A DNA stretch of 35,015 bases from Oscillospiraceae bacterium (GCA_031278415.1 JAITKN010000109.1:1-35015), one strand, 5' to 3'; shown: positions 1-8,813, counted from the stretch's first letter. Translations and numbers: made by a program. The notes: a model not told the origin generated them from the letters alone.

Positions 1-2
1 TG

Positions 3-128
3 ATGTTCAACATTCCGAAGCTGGGCGATATAAATCTTAACTCGTTCCTTTTGGTCGAGAGCGCGGAACACTACTTCACCAACAGCCTTCACCTGATGGA
101 TTTAGAGTGCAAAATCCCAATAAAATAA
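3..128 (+). CDS. C-terminal 41 codons of a gene entering from the left edge; probably a phage tail/baseplate protein (XkdQ-like position)
   Basis: This is the only frame open from the window edge (MFNIPKLGDINLNSFLLVESAEHYFTNSLHLMDLECKIPIK*). The stop TAA is at 126-128, just upstream of the DUF2577 gene. The product is inferred from synteny only. Confidence 0.3.
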   Translation: MFNIPKLGDINLNSFLLVESAEHYFTNSLHLMDLECKIPIK

Positions 129-140
129 CGGGAGGCAGAT

Positions 141-608
141 ATGTCAAGTTTACACACGCTGATACAGACGGTAGTAGCGAACTACATCAAGAACGCGGAT
201 TTAACAGACATCGCAATCGGGACGGTAGAAACGGAGCCGCCGGAGTTATCTGTGAAGATAATGGGAAGCGAACTGCCGCCGATAAAGAAGCAAGCGTTGC
301 TGCTGACCCAAAGCGTAGTGGAGCAGCGGATCGTAATAGCGAAGCACACGCACGAGGTCGAGCCGCATAAGCATACGGACAGCGTAGGCGGCAACACAAC
401 GGAAGAGAGCGAAACGAACCTTGATGAGCTTGTGACCGCTGTCGGCTACGTGAACGGAGCGGCGCAGCCGGTCGTGTCCGGCGACGCGTTTACGGTCTGG
501 ACAAACACCGCGCTTAAATCCGGAGATAAGGTGCTTATGATCTCCGTTATGGGCGGTCAAAGGTACATCATTCTAAGCAGAGTATTTGATAGCTATACGG
601 AAAGTTAA
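141..608 (+). CDS. DUF2577-family phage tail/baseplate-associated protein (PBSX XkdR/YqbR-like)
   Basis: GGAGG at 131-135 lies 5 nt before the ATG. The N-terminal GTVETEPPELSVKI, central KHTHEV and C-terminal GDKVLMISVMGGQRYIILSRV match the pattern I recall for DUF2577. Confidence 0.65.
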   Translation: MSSLHTLIQTVVANYIKNADLTDIAIGTVETEPPELSVKIMGSELPPIKKQALLLTQSVVEQRIVIAKHTHEVEPHKHTDSVGGNTTEESETNLDELVTAVGYVNGAAQPVVSGDAFTVWTNTALKSGDKVLMISVMGGQRYIILSRVFDSYTES

Positions 609-732
609 CAGTTATCAGTTAACAGTTAACAGTTACGTAGTTGTTAGGAAATAGTTGTTAGAAATTAGTACCCTGCGGGGGACGAGGGACAGGAGACACC
701 AACTAACAACTAACAACTACAAAACTGTTAAC
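607..732. repeat. Composite repeat structure: 4 tandem 7-mers, 3 tandem 7-mers, and a 23-bp inverted repeat
   Basis: There are 4 tandem 7-mers (AACAGTT/ATCAGTT, 607-634) and 3 tandem 7-mers (AACTAAC, 701-721). A 23-bp inverted repeat has arms GTTAACAGTTACGTAGTTGTTAG (625-647) and CTAACAACTACAAAACTGTTAAC (710-732), with 2 mismatches. All were read directly; alternative stem registers are possible (TAGTTGTTAG 652-661 with 703-712). Confidence 0.8.
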
Positions 733-901
733 TTTCAACGGCGGCTCGGAAAGCGGCAACTGCGGACACGCAGGATGTCCCGGTCAAGTCGGCGGAAGTT
801 CGCCGCGCGCCTTCGCCGCACTGCTCGCCTAATCACCTCACCGCTTTCTGCCCGGACAATTAAACTTTCAATTCACGGTTAATTTTTTTTCAAAAAAAGG
901 C

Positions 902-930
902 TTGCAATTCACAACGATATGGTTTATAGT
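902..930 (+). promoter_or_regulatory. Putative sigma-A promoter of the HU gene
   Basis: TTGCAA (902-907), a 17-nt spacer, then TATAGT (925-930). A T8-C-A7 tract at 884-899 precedes it and is UP-element-like. Confidence 0.5.
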
Positions 931-1052
931 ATGCGTTAGGAACTTTTGCGCTCATTTTGAGCGGCAAGGTTTTCGATAATCTGTTCAACGACGGTTTTAC
1001 GCGCAAGCGCAGACCGCGTGAAAATATATTACATTTTAGGAGGACGCTCAAA

Positions 1053-1322
1053 ATGGGCAAAGCAGAATTAATTGCGGCAGTAGCAGCAAAAACCAAACTC
1101 ACGAAGAAAGACACGGAGGCGACGCTCGACGCTATCATCGCCGCGATTACCGATGCTCTTAAGGCTAAGACGAAAGTCCAGCTTATGGGGTTCGGAACAT
1201 TCTCGGTTAAGCATCGCAACGCTCGCAAGGGTCGTAACCCCAGCACCGGCAAAGAGATTACCATTGAAGCTGCGGATGTCGCGCATTTCTCTGTCAGCAA
1301 AAAGCTCAACGATTTACTGTAA
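1053..1322 (+). CDS. hup: HU-family DNA-binding protein
   Basis: MGKAELIAAVA...GFGTFSVKHRNARKGRNPSTGKEITIEA is a classic HU/IHF fold signature. AGGAGG at 1039-1044 favours ATG 1053 over the ORF-track start at 957. Confidence 0.95.
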   Translation: MGKAELIAAVAAKTKLTKKDTEATLDAIIAAITDALKAKTKVQLMGFGTFSVKHRNARKGRNPSTGKEITIEAADVAHFSVSKKLNDLL

Positions 1323-1336
1323 GCAATACTGAGCAT

Positions 1337-1366
1337 AATAATGGGCGCGTAACAGCGCCCATTATT
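1337..1366 (+). terminator. Intrinsic terminator-like hairpin after hup
   Basis: AATAATGGGCGC-GTAACA-GCGCCCATTATT forms a perfect 12-bp stem. The A/T-rich flanks sit inside the stem, and there is no long T tract after it. Confidence 0.55.
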
Positions 1367-1390
1367 AGTTACGGCGCGGGCGGATATACT

Positions 1391-1759
1391 ATGCCAGCCG
1401 CGTCACTTGGTTTCACTATTATGCGTGAAGTTAACATTAAATATGACAATCCTAGGGTCAGCGACGCAATTAAGCGCGTGACCCATTATATTCATAACAG
1501 CAAGCACCAGGGCGTTTCTGTACTCAAAATCATACATGGCTACGGCAGCAGCGGGAAGGGCGGAGCAATACGCGTTAAGGTTCGGGAGTATTTAGAACGT
1601 CAAACGGCTCAGCGCGTTATTCGCGGCTGGATTCCGGGTGATGAGTTTTCTATCTTCAATCCCGCCGTCCTCAAAGCGTTTGACGTTTGCGGAGAGCTTC
1701 ACCTTGACCCCGACCTTGAACGCCACAACAACGGCGTGACGTTCATTATCCTGCGATAG
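1391..1759 (+). CDS. Smr (small MutS-related) domain protein
   Basis: VLKIIHGYGSSGKGGAIRVKVREYLE matches the Smr HGxG core. An alternative start is ATG 1421 (MREVN...). Neither start has a clear RBS. Confidence 0.75.
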   Translation: MPAASLGFTIMREVNIKYDNPRVSDAIKRVTHYIHNSKHQGVSVLKIIHGYGSSGKGGAIRVKVREYLERQTAQRVIRGWIPGDEFSIFNPAVLKAFDVCGELHLDPDLERHNNGVTFIILR

Positions 1760-1802
1760 TCAGCGAATATTGACGGACCGCCGTTTGCGGAGGAATTTGG
1801 CT

Positions 1803-2591
1803 ATGAGCGATACTTTTACGTTTGACTCGATGTATATTAATTCTATGTGGATGATTGCGGCGGCGTGTTTATTGCCGCCGCTTATGTACTACATCTTCTA
1901 TGTGTACAGGCGCAACCTGAAGCAGCTTGCGGTGCTGACGGGTCTGGCCGCGTATGCCGTGTTCGGCTACATTTTGCCCGGGTTTGTCGTACCCGGAATC
2001 TCCGGCGCGGTTCCGCGCGCACTGTATATCGCCTGCTCTGAGGTCGCGGGAATATTTATCGCGTTCAAGCTGACCGCAAAGGCGTGGGATACGAACGCGA
2101 ACGCGTTTGGGCTGACCGTAGGCTTCGCCGTGATCCCGATAATCATAATGCGCGGATTTACCGCAATGTCTAAGCTCGCCATTGTAACCTCGCTCAACGA
2201 CACGGGATATTCCGCGCTTGCCGAGAGTATGCCGACGGAGAACCGCGCCGCCTTAGACGATATGCTGACCGCGCTTGCTAACGAGACGACCGCGCAGCAT
2301 ATGTTGATTGCGGCGGAGTACCTATGCGCGTTCGCGCTGATCGTGGGTATTACGCGGCTGATTTGGTACTCATTTCACGGCGAGCGCAGGGAACCTAACA
2401 TTATGTTCGTCTTCGCCGCGCTGCTGCTGCGCTCTCTTGCCGAAATTTTCTATCAAACGCCGTATTCTATCGTCTCGGAGTGCGCATACTATGTCGTATC
2501 ACTCGCGGCATTCGCAGCATCTGTTCTGGCCGCGAAATTTTGGGATGAACCGGAGCGGTTCACGGAGCGCCTCAGCGGAAAACGGCTGTAA
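1803..2591 (+). CDS. Multi-pass membrane protein of unknown function
   Basis: Several hydrophobic helices are visible. GGAGGAA at 1788-1794 lies 7 nt before ATG 1803; the ORF-track start at 1770 is a TTG. I recognise no family motif. Confidence 0.6.
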   Translation: MSDTFTFDSMYINSMWMIAAACLLPPLMYYIFYVYRRNLKQLAVLTGLAAYAVFGYILPGFVVPGISGAVPRALYIACSEVAGIFIAFKLTAKAWDTNANAFGLTVGFAVIPIIIMRGFTAMSKLAIVTSLNDTGYSALAESMPTENRAALDDMLTALANETTAQHMLIAAEYLCAFALIVGITRLIWYSFHGERREPNIMFVFAALLLRSLAEIFYQTPYSIVSECAYYVVSLAAFAASVLAAKFWDEPERFTERLSGKRL

Positions 2592-2678
2592 CTCCCGCGG
2601 ATACCTTTCTTGTTGTTGCGCGAGTAGTAACTGCCGATGGTGCTGAGGCTGTCGCCTCCGTGCGCTGATTGCTTAATT

Positions 2679-3434
2679 ATGAAGCTGCTGCTTACGGTCA
2701 GGGCGGGGATCAAGCTATACACGGATAACAACGCGGACGGAACGGCGGTTCAGCTTGCGTATAACCTTATGCTGTCGAGCTTCCCGCTGCTTATTTGCGT
2801 TTCCGCGCTGCTGAGCGGTCTGAACATCAATGCAAGCGCGGTACCGGAACAGTTACGCGGGATAATACCGGATCCCATAATGCCGCTCTTGGGCGAACAT
2901 TCCGCGTATGCGGCCGGACGCGGCGGAGCGGCGATGTTTACCGGCGCGGTAATACTTATGCTGACATCCGGCAGCGCGGCATTTCGCGCCGCGATAGAGA
3001 TAATTCGCGATATTCACGGCTTGCCGGACAAGTTCGGGCTGAAGCCGATCGTTTGGAGCTTTATATACGCCGCCGCGTTCCTTGCGATCGTCTTCGCCGC
3101 GTTGATTGTCTTGCTCGTCGGCGGAGTTCTGCCGGTTCCGCGGTATATTATCCTGTTCGTGATTTTGCTGACGCTTGTGTGGGGGCTGTATCGTATAGCG
3201 GTTCCGAGCGGGCGGCATGTACTCGGCGCGCTGTTCGCGACGGTCGGGCTGACAATCACGGGCAGTATCTTTACCGCCGCCATTGCGTCTTCCACGCGGT
3301 ATTCGCTCGTGTACGGCTCTGTTTCCGCCGTAGTTCTGCTTATGATTTGGCTCGGACTGTGTTCTAATATAGTGATAGTAGGCGCGGTGATAAGCAAGCT
3401 GATAAGCATCGGGAAGCAGACAAATAACACTTAG
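2679..3434 (+). CDS. YihY/BrkB-family membrane protein
   Basis: The N-terminal ...AVQLAYNLMLSSFPLLI... motif and a poly-topic hydrophobic body fit the family. The start is uncertain (ATG 2679 or ATG 2637) and neither has a good RBS. Confidence 0.7.
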   Translation: MKLLLTVRAGIKLYTDNNADGTAVQLAYNLMLSSFPLLICVSALLSGLNINASAVPEQLRGIIPDPIMPLLGEHSAYAAGRGGAAMFTGAVILMLTSGSAAFRAAIEIIRDIHGLPDKFGLKPIVWSFIYAAAFLAIVFAALIVLLVGGVLPVPRYIILFVILLTLVWGLYRIAVPSGRHVLGALFATVGLTITGSIFTAAIASSTRYSLVYGSVSAVVLLMIWLGLCSNIVIVGAVISKLISIGKQTNNT

Positions 3435-3450
3435 ACGCAGCCGGACACGG

Positions 3451-3660
3451 CTTGTGTGTATCCCAACGTCGCTTGTGTGTATCCCAACGTCGCTTATGTA
3501 TATCCCAACGCCGCTTATGTACATCCCAACGTCGCTTATGTGTATCCCAATGTCGCTTCCGTGCAGCCGGAAGTCGCTTCCGTGCAGCCGGAAGTCGCTT
3601 CCGTGTGGCTGGAAGTCGCTTCCGTGTGGCTGGAAGTCGCTTCCGTGTGGCTGGAAGTCG
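3451..3660. repeat. Tandem array of 10 x 21 bp in two sub-families
   Basis: Five A units (CTTRTGTRTATCCCAAYGYCG, 3451-3555) are followed by five B units (CTTCCGTGYRGCYGGAAGTCG, 3556-3660). The units are exactly head to tail, and a degenerate B-like copy sits at 3436-3450. In B units CTTCCG and CGGAAG alternate, so hairpins can form within and across units. Confidence 0.95.
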
Positions 3661-3698
3661 CTCGCAGGTATCTGTACATTAAGAGCGGCTGCGCCGGG

Positions 3699-4328
3699 TT
3701 ATACGTCAACTCTGCCCTCGAGAGCGCGGTAGAGCGTAGCGTTGTCGGAAAACTCCACATTGCCGCCGACGGGAATCCCGTAGGCAAGCCGGGTAACTCG
3801 CACGCCGAACGGACGTATAAGCCGCGACAGATACATTGCGGTCGCCTCGCCCTCCGCGCCGGGATTGGTCGCCATAATGACCTCCGTTATCGGCGCGGAT
3901 TCGCCGTTGCCGCCGTCGGATATCCGGCGCAGCAGCGTTTTGATATTCAGGCTGTCCGGCGTGATTCTTCTGATCGGGCTGATAACGCCGCCGAGCACGT
4001 GGTACAGTCCGTCGTATTCGCGAGTGCGCTCGATGGACAGCAGATCGGCCGCGGTTTCGACGACGCATATTTTAGAGACGTCGCGGCGGTCCGACGAGCA
4101 TATCGCGCACAGCTCATCGTCGGACAGATTCCCGCAAACGCGGCATGCGCGAATGTCGCGCTTCACGCTGAGTATCGCGTCGGCGAACTCGGCGGCGCGT
4201 TCGTCGCTGAAATTCAGTATGTGGAAGGCCATACGGCGCGCGGACTTAGAGCCAACGCCCGGCAGCGCCGCGAAAGAGTCTGCAAGCCGCGATAAAGCTG
4301 TCGGCAGCCCGGTTTCAGGTAGTTTCAT
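3699..4328 (-). CDS. recR: Recombination protein RecR
   Basis: LPGVGSKSARRMAFHIL is the HhH motif, CRVCGNLSDDELCAIC is the Zn finger, and a Toprim-like VVETAADLLSIERT...ATNPGAEGEATA follows. GAGGTG lies 6 nt before ATG 4328; a GTG at 4337 is an alternative start. Confidence 0.9.
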   Translation of the reverse strand: MKLPETGLPTALSRLADSFAALPGVGSKSARRMAFHILNFSDERAAEFADAILSVKRDIRACRVCGNLSDDELCAICSSDRRDVSKICVVETAADLLSIERTREYDGLYHVLGGVISPIRRITPDSLNIKTLLRRISDGGNGESAPITEVIMATNPGAEGEATAMYLSRLIRPFGVRVTRLAYGIPVGGNVEFSDNATLYRALEGRVDV

Positions 4329-4333
4329 TTGAG

Positions 4334-4993
4334 TCACCTCAGTTTCTTTATAGCTTCCGCGTAGTCGGCGGACTTGTAGACGGCGTTGCCGGCGACCAGT
4401 ACGGTCGCGCCGGCGGCTATCGCCGGTTTAGCGGTTTCGGGGTTGATTCCGCCGTCTACCTCGATCTCCACGCTCAGACCTCGGGAGTCGATGATGTCGC
4501 GCAGCTTGTGTATTTTCGGCAATTGCTCCGGCTGAAATCTTTGACCGCCGAAGCCGGGTTCGACGGTCATCACAAGCACTACGCCGATGTCGTCCAAGTA
4601 TGGCAGCGCGGCGTCAGCCGAAGTCGCGGGTTTAAGCACTACGCCCGCAACCGCGCCGCTGTCGCGTATAATACGCACGGCGTCCGCGCAGCCGGAGCAC
4701 TCCGTGTGAACGGTTACGATGTCCGCGCCGGCGGCAACGAACCTTTGGGCGTAGCGTTCAGGGCGCTCTATCATCAGATGCGCGTCGAGCGTGATTTTGC
4801 CCTTGAATCGTTTGGCAACGCTTTCCAGCACCGGAAGTCCTACCGAGATATTCGGCACGAAGTGTCCGTCCATAACGTCAAAGTGTATCCGATCCGCTCC
4901 GGCGGCAATCACGGCGTCAATTTCCTCGCGCAGCCGTCCGAAGTCCGCCGAGAGAATCGAGGGCGCGATCTTCACAGTTCTTTTGGGCATCAT
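4334..4993 (-). CDS. rpe: Ribulose-phosphate 3-epimerase
   Basis: APSILSADFGRLREEI...HFDVMDGHFVPNISVG...MTVEPGFGGQRF matches the family. Confidence 0.95.
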   Translation of the reverse strand: MMPKRTVKIAPSILSADFGRLREEIDAVIAAGADRIHFDVMDGHFVPNISVGLPVLESVAKRFKGKITLDAHLMIERPERYAQRFVAAGADIVTVHTECSGCADAVRIIRDSGAVAGVVLKPATSADAALPYLDDIGVVLVMTVEPGFGGQRFQPEQLPKIHKLRDIIDSRGLSVEIEVDGGINPETAKPAIAAGATVLVAGNAVYKSADYAEAIKKLR

Positions 4994-5008
4994 ATGTTTT
5001 TTCTCCGT

Positions 5009-5863
5009 TTACTTTATAATATCGCGGTGAGACACGGAAACGCTGTATCCCAGATCGCTTATGAACCGCGTAAGCCGCTCCGCGATCGCTACGCTGCGGT
5101 GATGACCTCCTGTACAGCCAATGGCAATCACGATAGCCTGTTTGCCTTCCTCAATGTAATGGGGCAGGAGGAAACTCAGCATATCATTCAGTTTGGAAGT
5201 AAATTCTTTTGCCGCCGGTTGGGAAAGAACGAACTCGCTTACGTCCGCGTCTTTGCCGGTTTTAGGGGAAAGCTCCGGAACGTAGTGAGGATTAGGGAGG
5301 AATCTCACATCGAATACCATATCGGCTTCCGCGGGTGAACCGTACTTGAATCCGAACGATATTACGTTGATCTTGAAGCGGCTTATGCCGCCGGAAAATA
5401 TCTCCGCCAGGTGTCGGGCAAGTTCCGCCGGGGAGATGTCCGTCGTGTCGATGATAAAGTCGGCGCGTCCGCGGAGTTCGGCGAGTTTTTGGCGTTCCAG
5501 CTTGATCGCGGCATCGATGTCGGTGCCGTTCGGCGCGAGTGGGTGCTTGCGTCGGCTCTCTTTGTAGCGGCGGGTGATGACGTTGTCCGAGGCTTCGAGG
5601 AATAGGACTTTGACCTTCAATTCGCTGCCGTTCAGTTTATCCCATATCGCCGCGAGACTTTCGGCAAGGTTTCCGCGCTCGCGGATATCGGTTACGAGCG
5701 CGACCTTTTCATATCGCCCCTCGGCCGCGCGGCAAATCTCCACGAAGTGCGGAATAAGCTCGATCGGCATATTGTCCACACAGTAGAAGTCCATATCCTC
5801 CAAGATTGCGGCGGCGCGGCTTTTGCCGGCGCCGGATAGTCCCGTGATAATTACAAATACCAT
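5009..5863 (-). CDS. rapZ: RNase adapter / nucleotide-binding protein RapZ (YvcJ)
   Basis: VIITGLSGAGKSRAAAILEDMDFYCVDNMP at the N terminus and CTGGHHRSVAIAE at the C terminus fit RapZ. AAGGAG RBS is present. Confidence 0.9.
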   Translation of the reverse strand: MVFVIITGLSGAGKSRAAAILEDMDFYCVDNMPIELIPHFVEICRAAEGRYEKVALVTDIRERGNLAESLAAIWDKLNGSELKVKVLFLEASDNVITRRYKESRRKHPLAPNGTDIDAAIKLERQKLAELRGRADFIIDTTDISPAELARHLAEIFSGGISRFKINVISFGFKYGSPAEADMVFDVRFLPNPHYVPELSPKTGKDADVSEFVLSQPAAKEFTSKLNDMLSFLLPHYIEEGKQAIVIAIGCTGGHHRSVAIAERLTRFISDLGYSVSVSHRDIIK

Positions 5864-5908
5864 AAGAGTTACTCCTTAAAGCTGTTAAGCGGAGGGTTAA
5901 TCGGAGGG

Positions 5909-7282
5909 TTAAGCGTCTAAAATGTCGTCTAAGCCGGAGAGTTTTTTTGACGCGGTAACGACAATAACGCGGTCGCCGGCTTGAATTATATCGTTACCGC
6001 CCGGGATTATCGCGGAGACCTTGCCGCGCCCGTCTGCGCGGATAATTCCGGCAATAAGCACACCCTTTTTGATGGGCATATCTCTCAGAGGGGTGCCGAC
6101 CGCTTCGCTTTCGGCTCGGGCGTGAAACTCCAGAGCCTCCGCCATACCTCCGACAATGTGGTAAAGCGCCTCGATGCTGCCGCCGGGCGAACCCGCAAGT
6201 CCGCGGATATAGTGTACGATTTTGTCCGCCGCGGCGCGTTTCGGGCTGATGATGGTGCCGTCGAAAACCCGCTCCGCAATCGGCAGAAGCGTATCACGCG
6301 TAATCTTTACGGTTGTGCGCGATACACCCTCGGCGACGGCGTACATAGCGATCACAAGGTTGTCCTCGTCATCGCCCGTAAGCGCGGCGACCGCGTCATA
6401 CTTGCCGATGCCGATACTTTTTAAGTAATCCTGCTCGGTCGCGTCGGCGTGCAGGACGTTGATGTTCGGGAACGTCTCCGCCAGTTCTCGGCAGCGCGCC
6501 AAATCCTGCTCCACGACTGTAATGGCGATCTTGGCGTCCGACAGCAGTGGAATAAGGTAAAACGCGATCCTGCCGCCGCCTATTATCATAACGTCCTTGA
6601 CTCGGTGATGAGCGATTCGCAGACTCTTATAGAGCTTGTCCAATTCCTCCGGCGCGGCTGTGATGCTAAGTCGGTCGCCTTGACAAAGCTCGAACTCGCC
6701 GTCCGGAATAAAGACGTCATTCCCGCGTTTGACAGCGCATATAAGAACTCTTGCGGAGAAAATCCGCGGGAAGTCGCGGAGCTTGATCCCGTCTGCCGAC
6801 ATATCGTTGGTGAGAAGGATTTCAACAAGCTGAGCGTTTCCGCCGGCAAACGTTTCCATCTGAAGCGCTCCGCCCGACAGCATAACCCGCGCTATTTCCG
6901 CTGCCGCCGACTGCTCCGGATTGACCCACATAGATAAGCCCAGTTCCTCGCTGAGGAAGTCTAACTCCGAGGCGTATTCGGGGTCGCGAACCCTGGCGAT
7001 GGTGTGCTTCGCGCCGACTTTCCGCGCCATAAGACAACAGAGCATATTCAGTTCGTCACTATCGCTTGATGTGATCAAAAGGTCAGCGCCCGGAACCCCT
7101 GCCTCCTCCTGATCGGATTTGCTGACGCCATTGCCGCATACCGTAAGAATATCGTAGCGGGCGTCCAATTTCTCCGCGGCGGAAGCGTCGCTTTCGATGA
7201 GCGAGATGTCGTGGCGTTCCTTTGAAAGAGCGTCAATGATGGCACTTCCCAATGTTCCGCCGCCGACGACGACAATTTTCAT
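5909..7282 (-). CDS. trkA: Trk-system potassium uptake protein TrkA (two RCK/TrkA-N domains)
   Basis: MKIVVVGGGTLGS and a second IIGGGRIAFYL Rossmann motif. The 457-aa length fits. GGGAGG RBS is present. Confidence 0.9.
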   Translation of the reverse strand: MKIVVVGGGTLGSAIIDALSKERHDISLIESDASAAEKLDARYDILTVCGNGVSKSDQEEAGVPGADLLITSSDSDELNMLCCLMARKVGAKHTIARVRDPEYASELDFLSEELGLSMWVNPEQSAAAEIARVMLSGGALQMETFAGGNAQLVEILLTNDMSADGIKLRDFPRIFSARVLICAVKRGNDVFIPDGEFELCQGDRLSITAAPEELDKLYKSLRIAHHRVKDVMIIGGGRIAFYLIPLLSDAKIAITVVEQDLARCRELAETFPNINVLHADATEQDYLKSIGIGKYDAVAALTGDDEDNLVIAMYAVAEGVSRTTVKITRDTLLPIAERVFDGTIISPKRAAADKIVHYIRGLAGSPGGSIEALYHIVGGMAEALEFHARAESEAVGTPLRDMPIKKGVLIAGIIRADGRGKVSAIIPGGNDIIQAGDRVIVVTASKKLSGLDDILDA

Positions 7283-7306
7283 AGTGTATGACCTCCCGGA
7301 TAACAG

Positions 7307-8206
7307 TTAGTGATTGATGTACACGCGCAGTTTTTCTTGTATAAAATCGGGATAGTAGCTTCGCTTGGATTTGCGCAGATTCGGCAGTCCGAGGTCTTCC
7401 TCGCGGTTGATGTATTTGACGAACGGATAGGTCTCTTTTACCATACGGGCAAATTCGCGGTTAATAATTTGGTAAGCGCCGTCAATAGAGGAAAGAGCCT
7501 TTTCAAAGTGAGTGTTAAACGTATCGCGTCCGAGAAGTTCCCCTACGGTAAACGCGATTATGTCTCCGCCGGCTTCAACGCGTAACACCGCGCCGAGCAT
7601 ATCAAGCTCGCAAAAATTGGTCAGCGTCGTTTCAAGCGCGGTGATTTCACCGGGAATCGCGTCGGTAATGGAGTCGTCATCCTTGCTGTTCAGCCAAAGA
7701 CCGTCTAACAGCATACACTCGCCGATATTGCGCCGAGTAAGAGGCTCGACAACATAGCCCGGATATTGTGCCGTAAAGCGGTTGATGTAGTTGCGCTTAG
7801 CGTGAAGTTTCTTGCCTGCAAGAGAAATAACGCGGTCTATATCGTAAATGTAGTCGAACAGCTCTGTGAACTCCTCGCTCCTGCATTGCCCGGGAAACAG
7901 CCGCTCAATCGCTGCCGCCTGTTCGTAAGACGCTCCGCCGACAATCGGGACTTGCGCGATAATCTCACGCAGCTTAGATTCACTCTCCACCCCGAGCGGA
8001 TAACTGTAAACATTTAAGCCGTTTACGTCAAATCGTATCATCAGCCCCGGTTGCAGATCGGCAATATGAATATCATAGGGTTTTTGCCAGCAAAAAATAT
8101 TACCGAAAGAGTAATCGCTGTTGCGGGTATCGGCGGAACGAATCAGTCGGCGTATCCAATCGCCGTCTTCGATCGTCACGGTTCGGAATGATAAAATAAA
8201 AGTCAC
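7307..8206 (-). CDS. DUF2156-domain protein (MprF/LysX C-terminal-like, GNAT fold)
   Basis: GKKLHAKRNYINRF, FEKALSSIDGAYQIINREF and INREEDLGLPNLRKSKRSYYP motifs. The start is a GTG with no clear RBS. Confidence 0.8.
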   Translation of the reverse strand: MTFILSFRTVTIEDGDWIRRLIRSADTRNSDYSFGNIFCWQKPYDIHIADLQPGLMIRFDVNGLNVYSYPLGVESESKLREIIAQVPIVGGASYEQAAAIERLFPGQCRSEEFTELFDYIYDIDRVISLAGKKLHAKRNYINRFTAQYPGYVVEPLTRRNIGECMLLDGLWLNSKDDDSITDAIPGEITALETTLTNFCELDMLGAVLRVEAGGDIIAFTVGELLGRDTFNTHFEKALSSIDGAYQIINREFARMVKETYPFVKYINREEDLGLPNLRKSKRSYYPDFIQEKLRVYINH

Positions 8207-8258
8207 CTCGATTTTCAGTAGTTAGTTGGGTGCGTATGAGAGTCGCGAAAGTGATATG

Positions 8259-8813
8259 TTACAGCGCGGTGTATTTTTCCTGAATAGATTTCAGGTCGAC
8301 AAAAGTTTCCGGCCGCTTGAGCGGGTCGCGCAGAAGCGCGGCAGGGTGGTAGATTGCGGTAATCTCACAACCGTCGGCAAAATGTTCCCATTTGCCGTGT
8401 TCGCGAGTGATTTTGAAGTCGGGCTTGATCAGGCATATAGCCGCGATTCGTCCAAGGCAGACGATTATGCGCGGGTTGATAAGCTGAATTTGGGCGGTGA
8501 GCCATTCACTGCACGCGGCGCGTTCCGCCGGCAAGGGATCGCGATTGTTTGGCGGGCGGCATTTGACAATGTTGGCTATGTAAACCTCTGAGCGCGAGAG
8601 GTTGATAAGTTCAAGCATTTGGTCAAGAAGTTTACCGCCGCGCCCTACGAAAGGTTCGCCGCGCAAATCTTCCTGCTCGCCGGGACCTTCTCCGATGAAC
8701 ATAATATCGGCGTTCGGGTTGCCTGTGCCGAACACAAGGTTTGTACGGGTTTTGCCCAATTCACAGCGAAAGCATTGCGTACAATCGTTTTTCAGTTCGC
8801 TTAAAGATTTCAT
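8259..8813 (-). CDS. Uracil-DNA glycosylase, family 4
   Basis: C-x2-C-x-L...VFGTGNPNADIMFIGEGPGEQEDLRGEPFVGRGGKLL and the HPAALLR motif. Confidence 0.9.
   Translation of the reverse strand: MKSLSELKNDCTQCFRCELGKTRTNLVFGTGNPNADIMFIGEGPGEQEDLRGEPFVGRGGKLLDQMLELINLSRSEVYIANIVKCRPPNNRDPLPAERAACSEWLTAQIQLINPRIIVCLGRIAAICLIKPDFKITREHGKWEHFADGCEITAIYHPAALLRDPLKRPETFVDLKSIQEKYTAL

Noticed and set aside
655-882. 75-aa Arg-rich plus-strand ORF in the hup upstream region
   Set aside because: It begins inside the repeat structure with no RBS, has an extreme Arg content (RRLGKRQLRTRRMSRSSRRKF…) and shows no motif. It is more likely non-coding GC-rich sequence.
3451-3660. CRISPR array
   Set aside because: The 21-bp units are strictly contiguous with no unique spacers, the units are shorter than CRISPR repeats, and there are no cas genes in the window.
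3452-4295. Three overlapping plus-strand ORFs (76, 92 and 279 aa) encoding heptad peptide repeats across the array
   Set aside because: All three frames are open only because the unit length is a multiple of 3 and the sequence is GC-rich. The starts are TTG/GTG inside the repeats with no RBS. The longest ORF is antisense to a well-supported recR.
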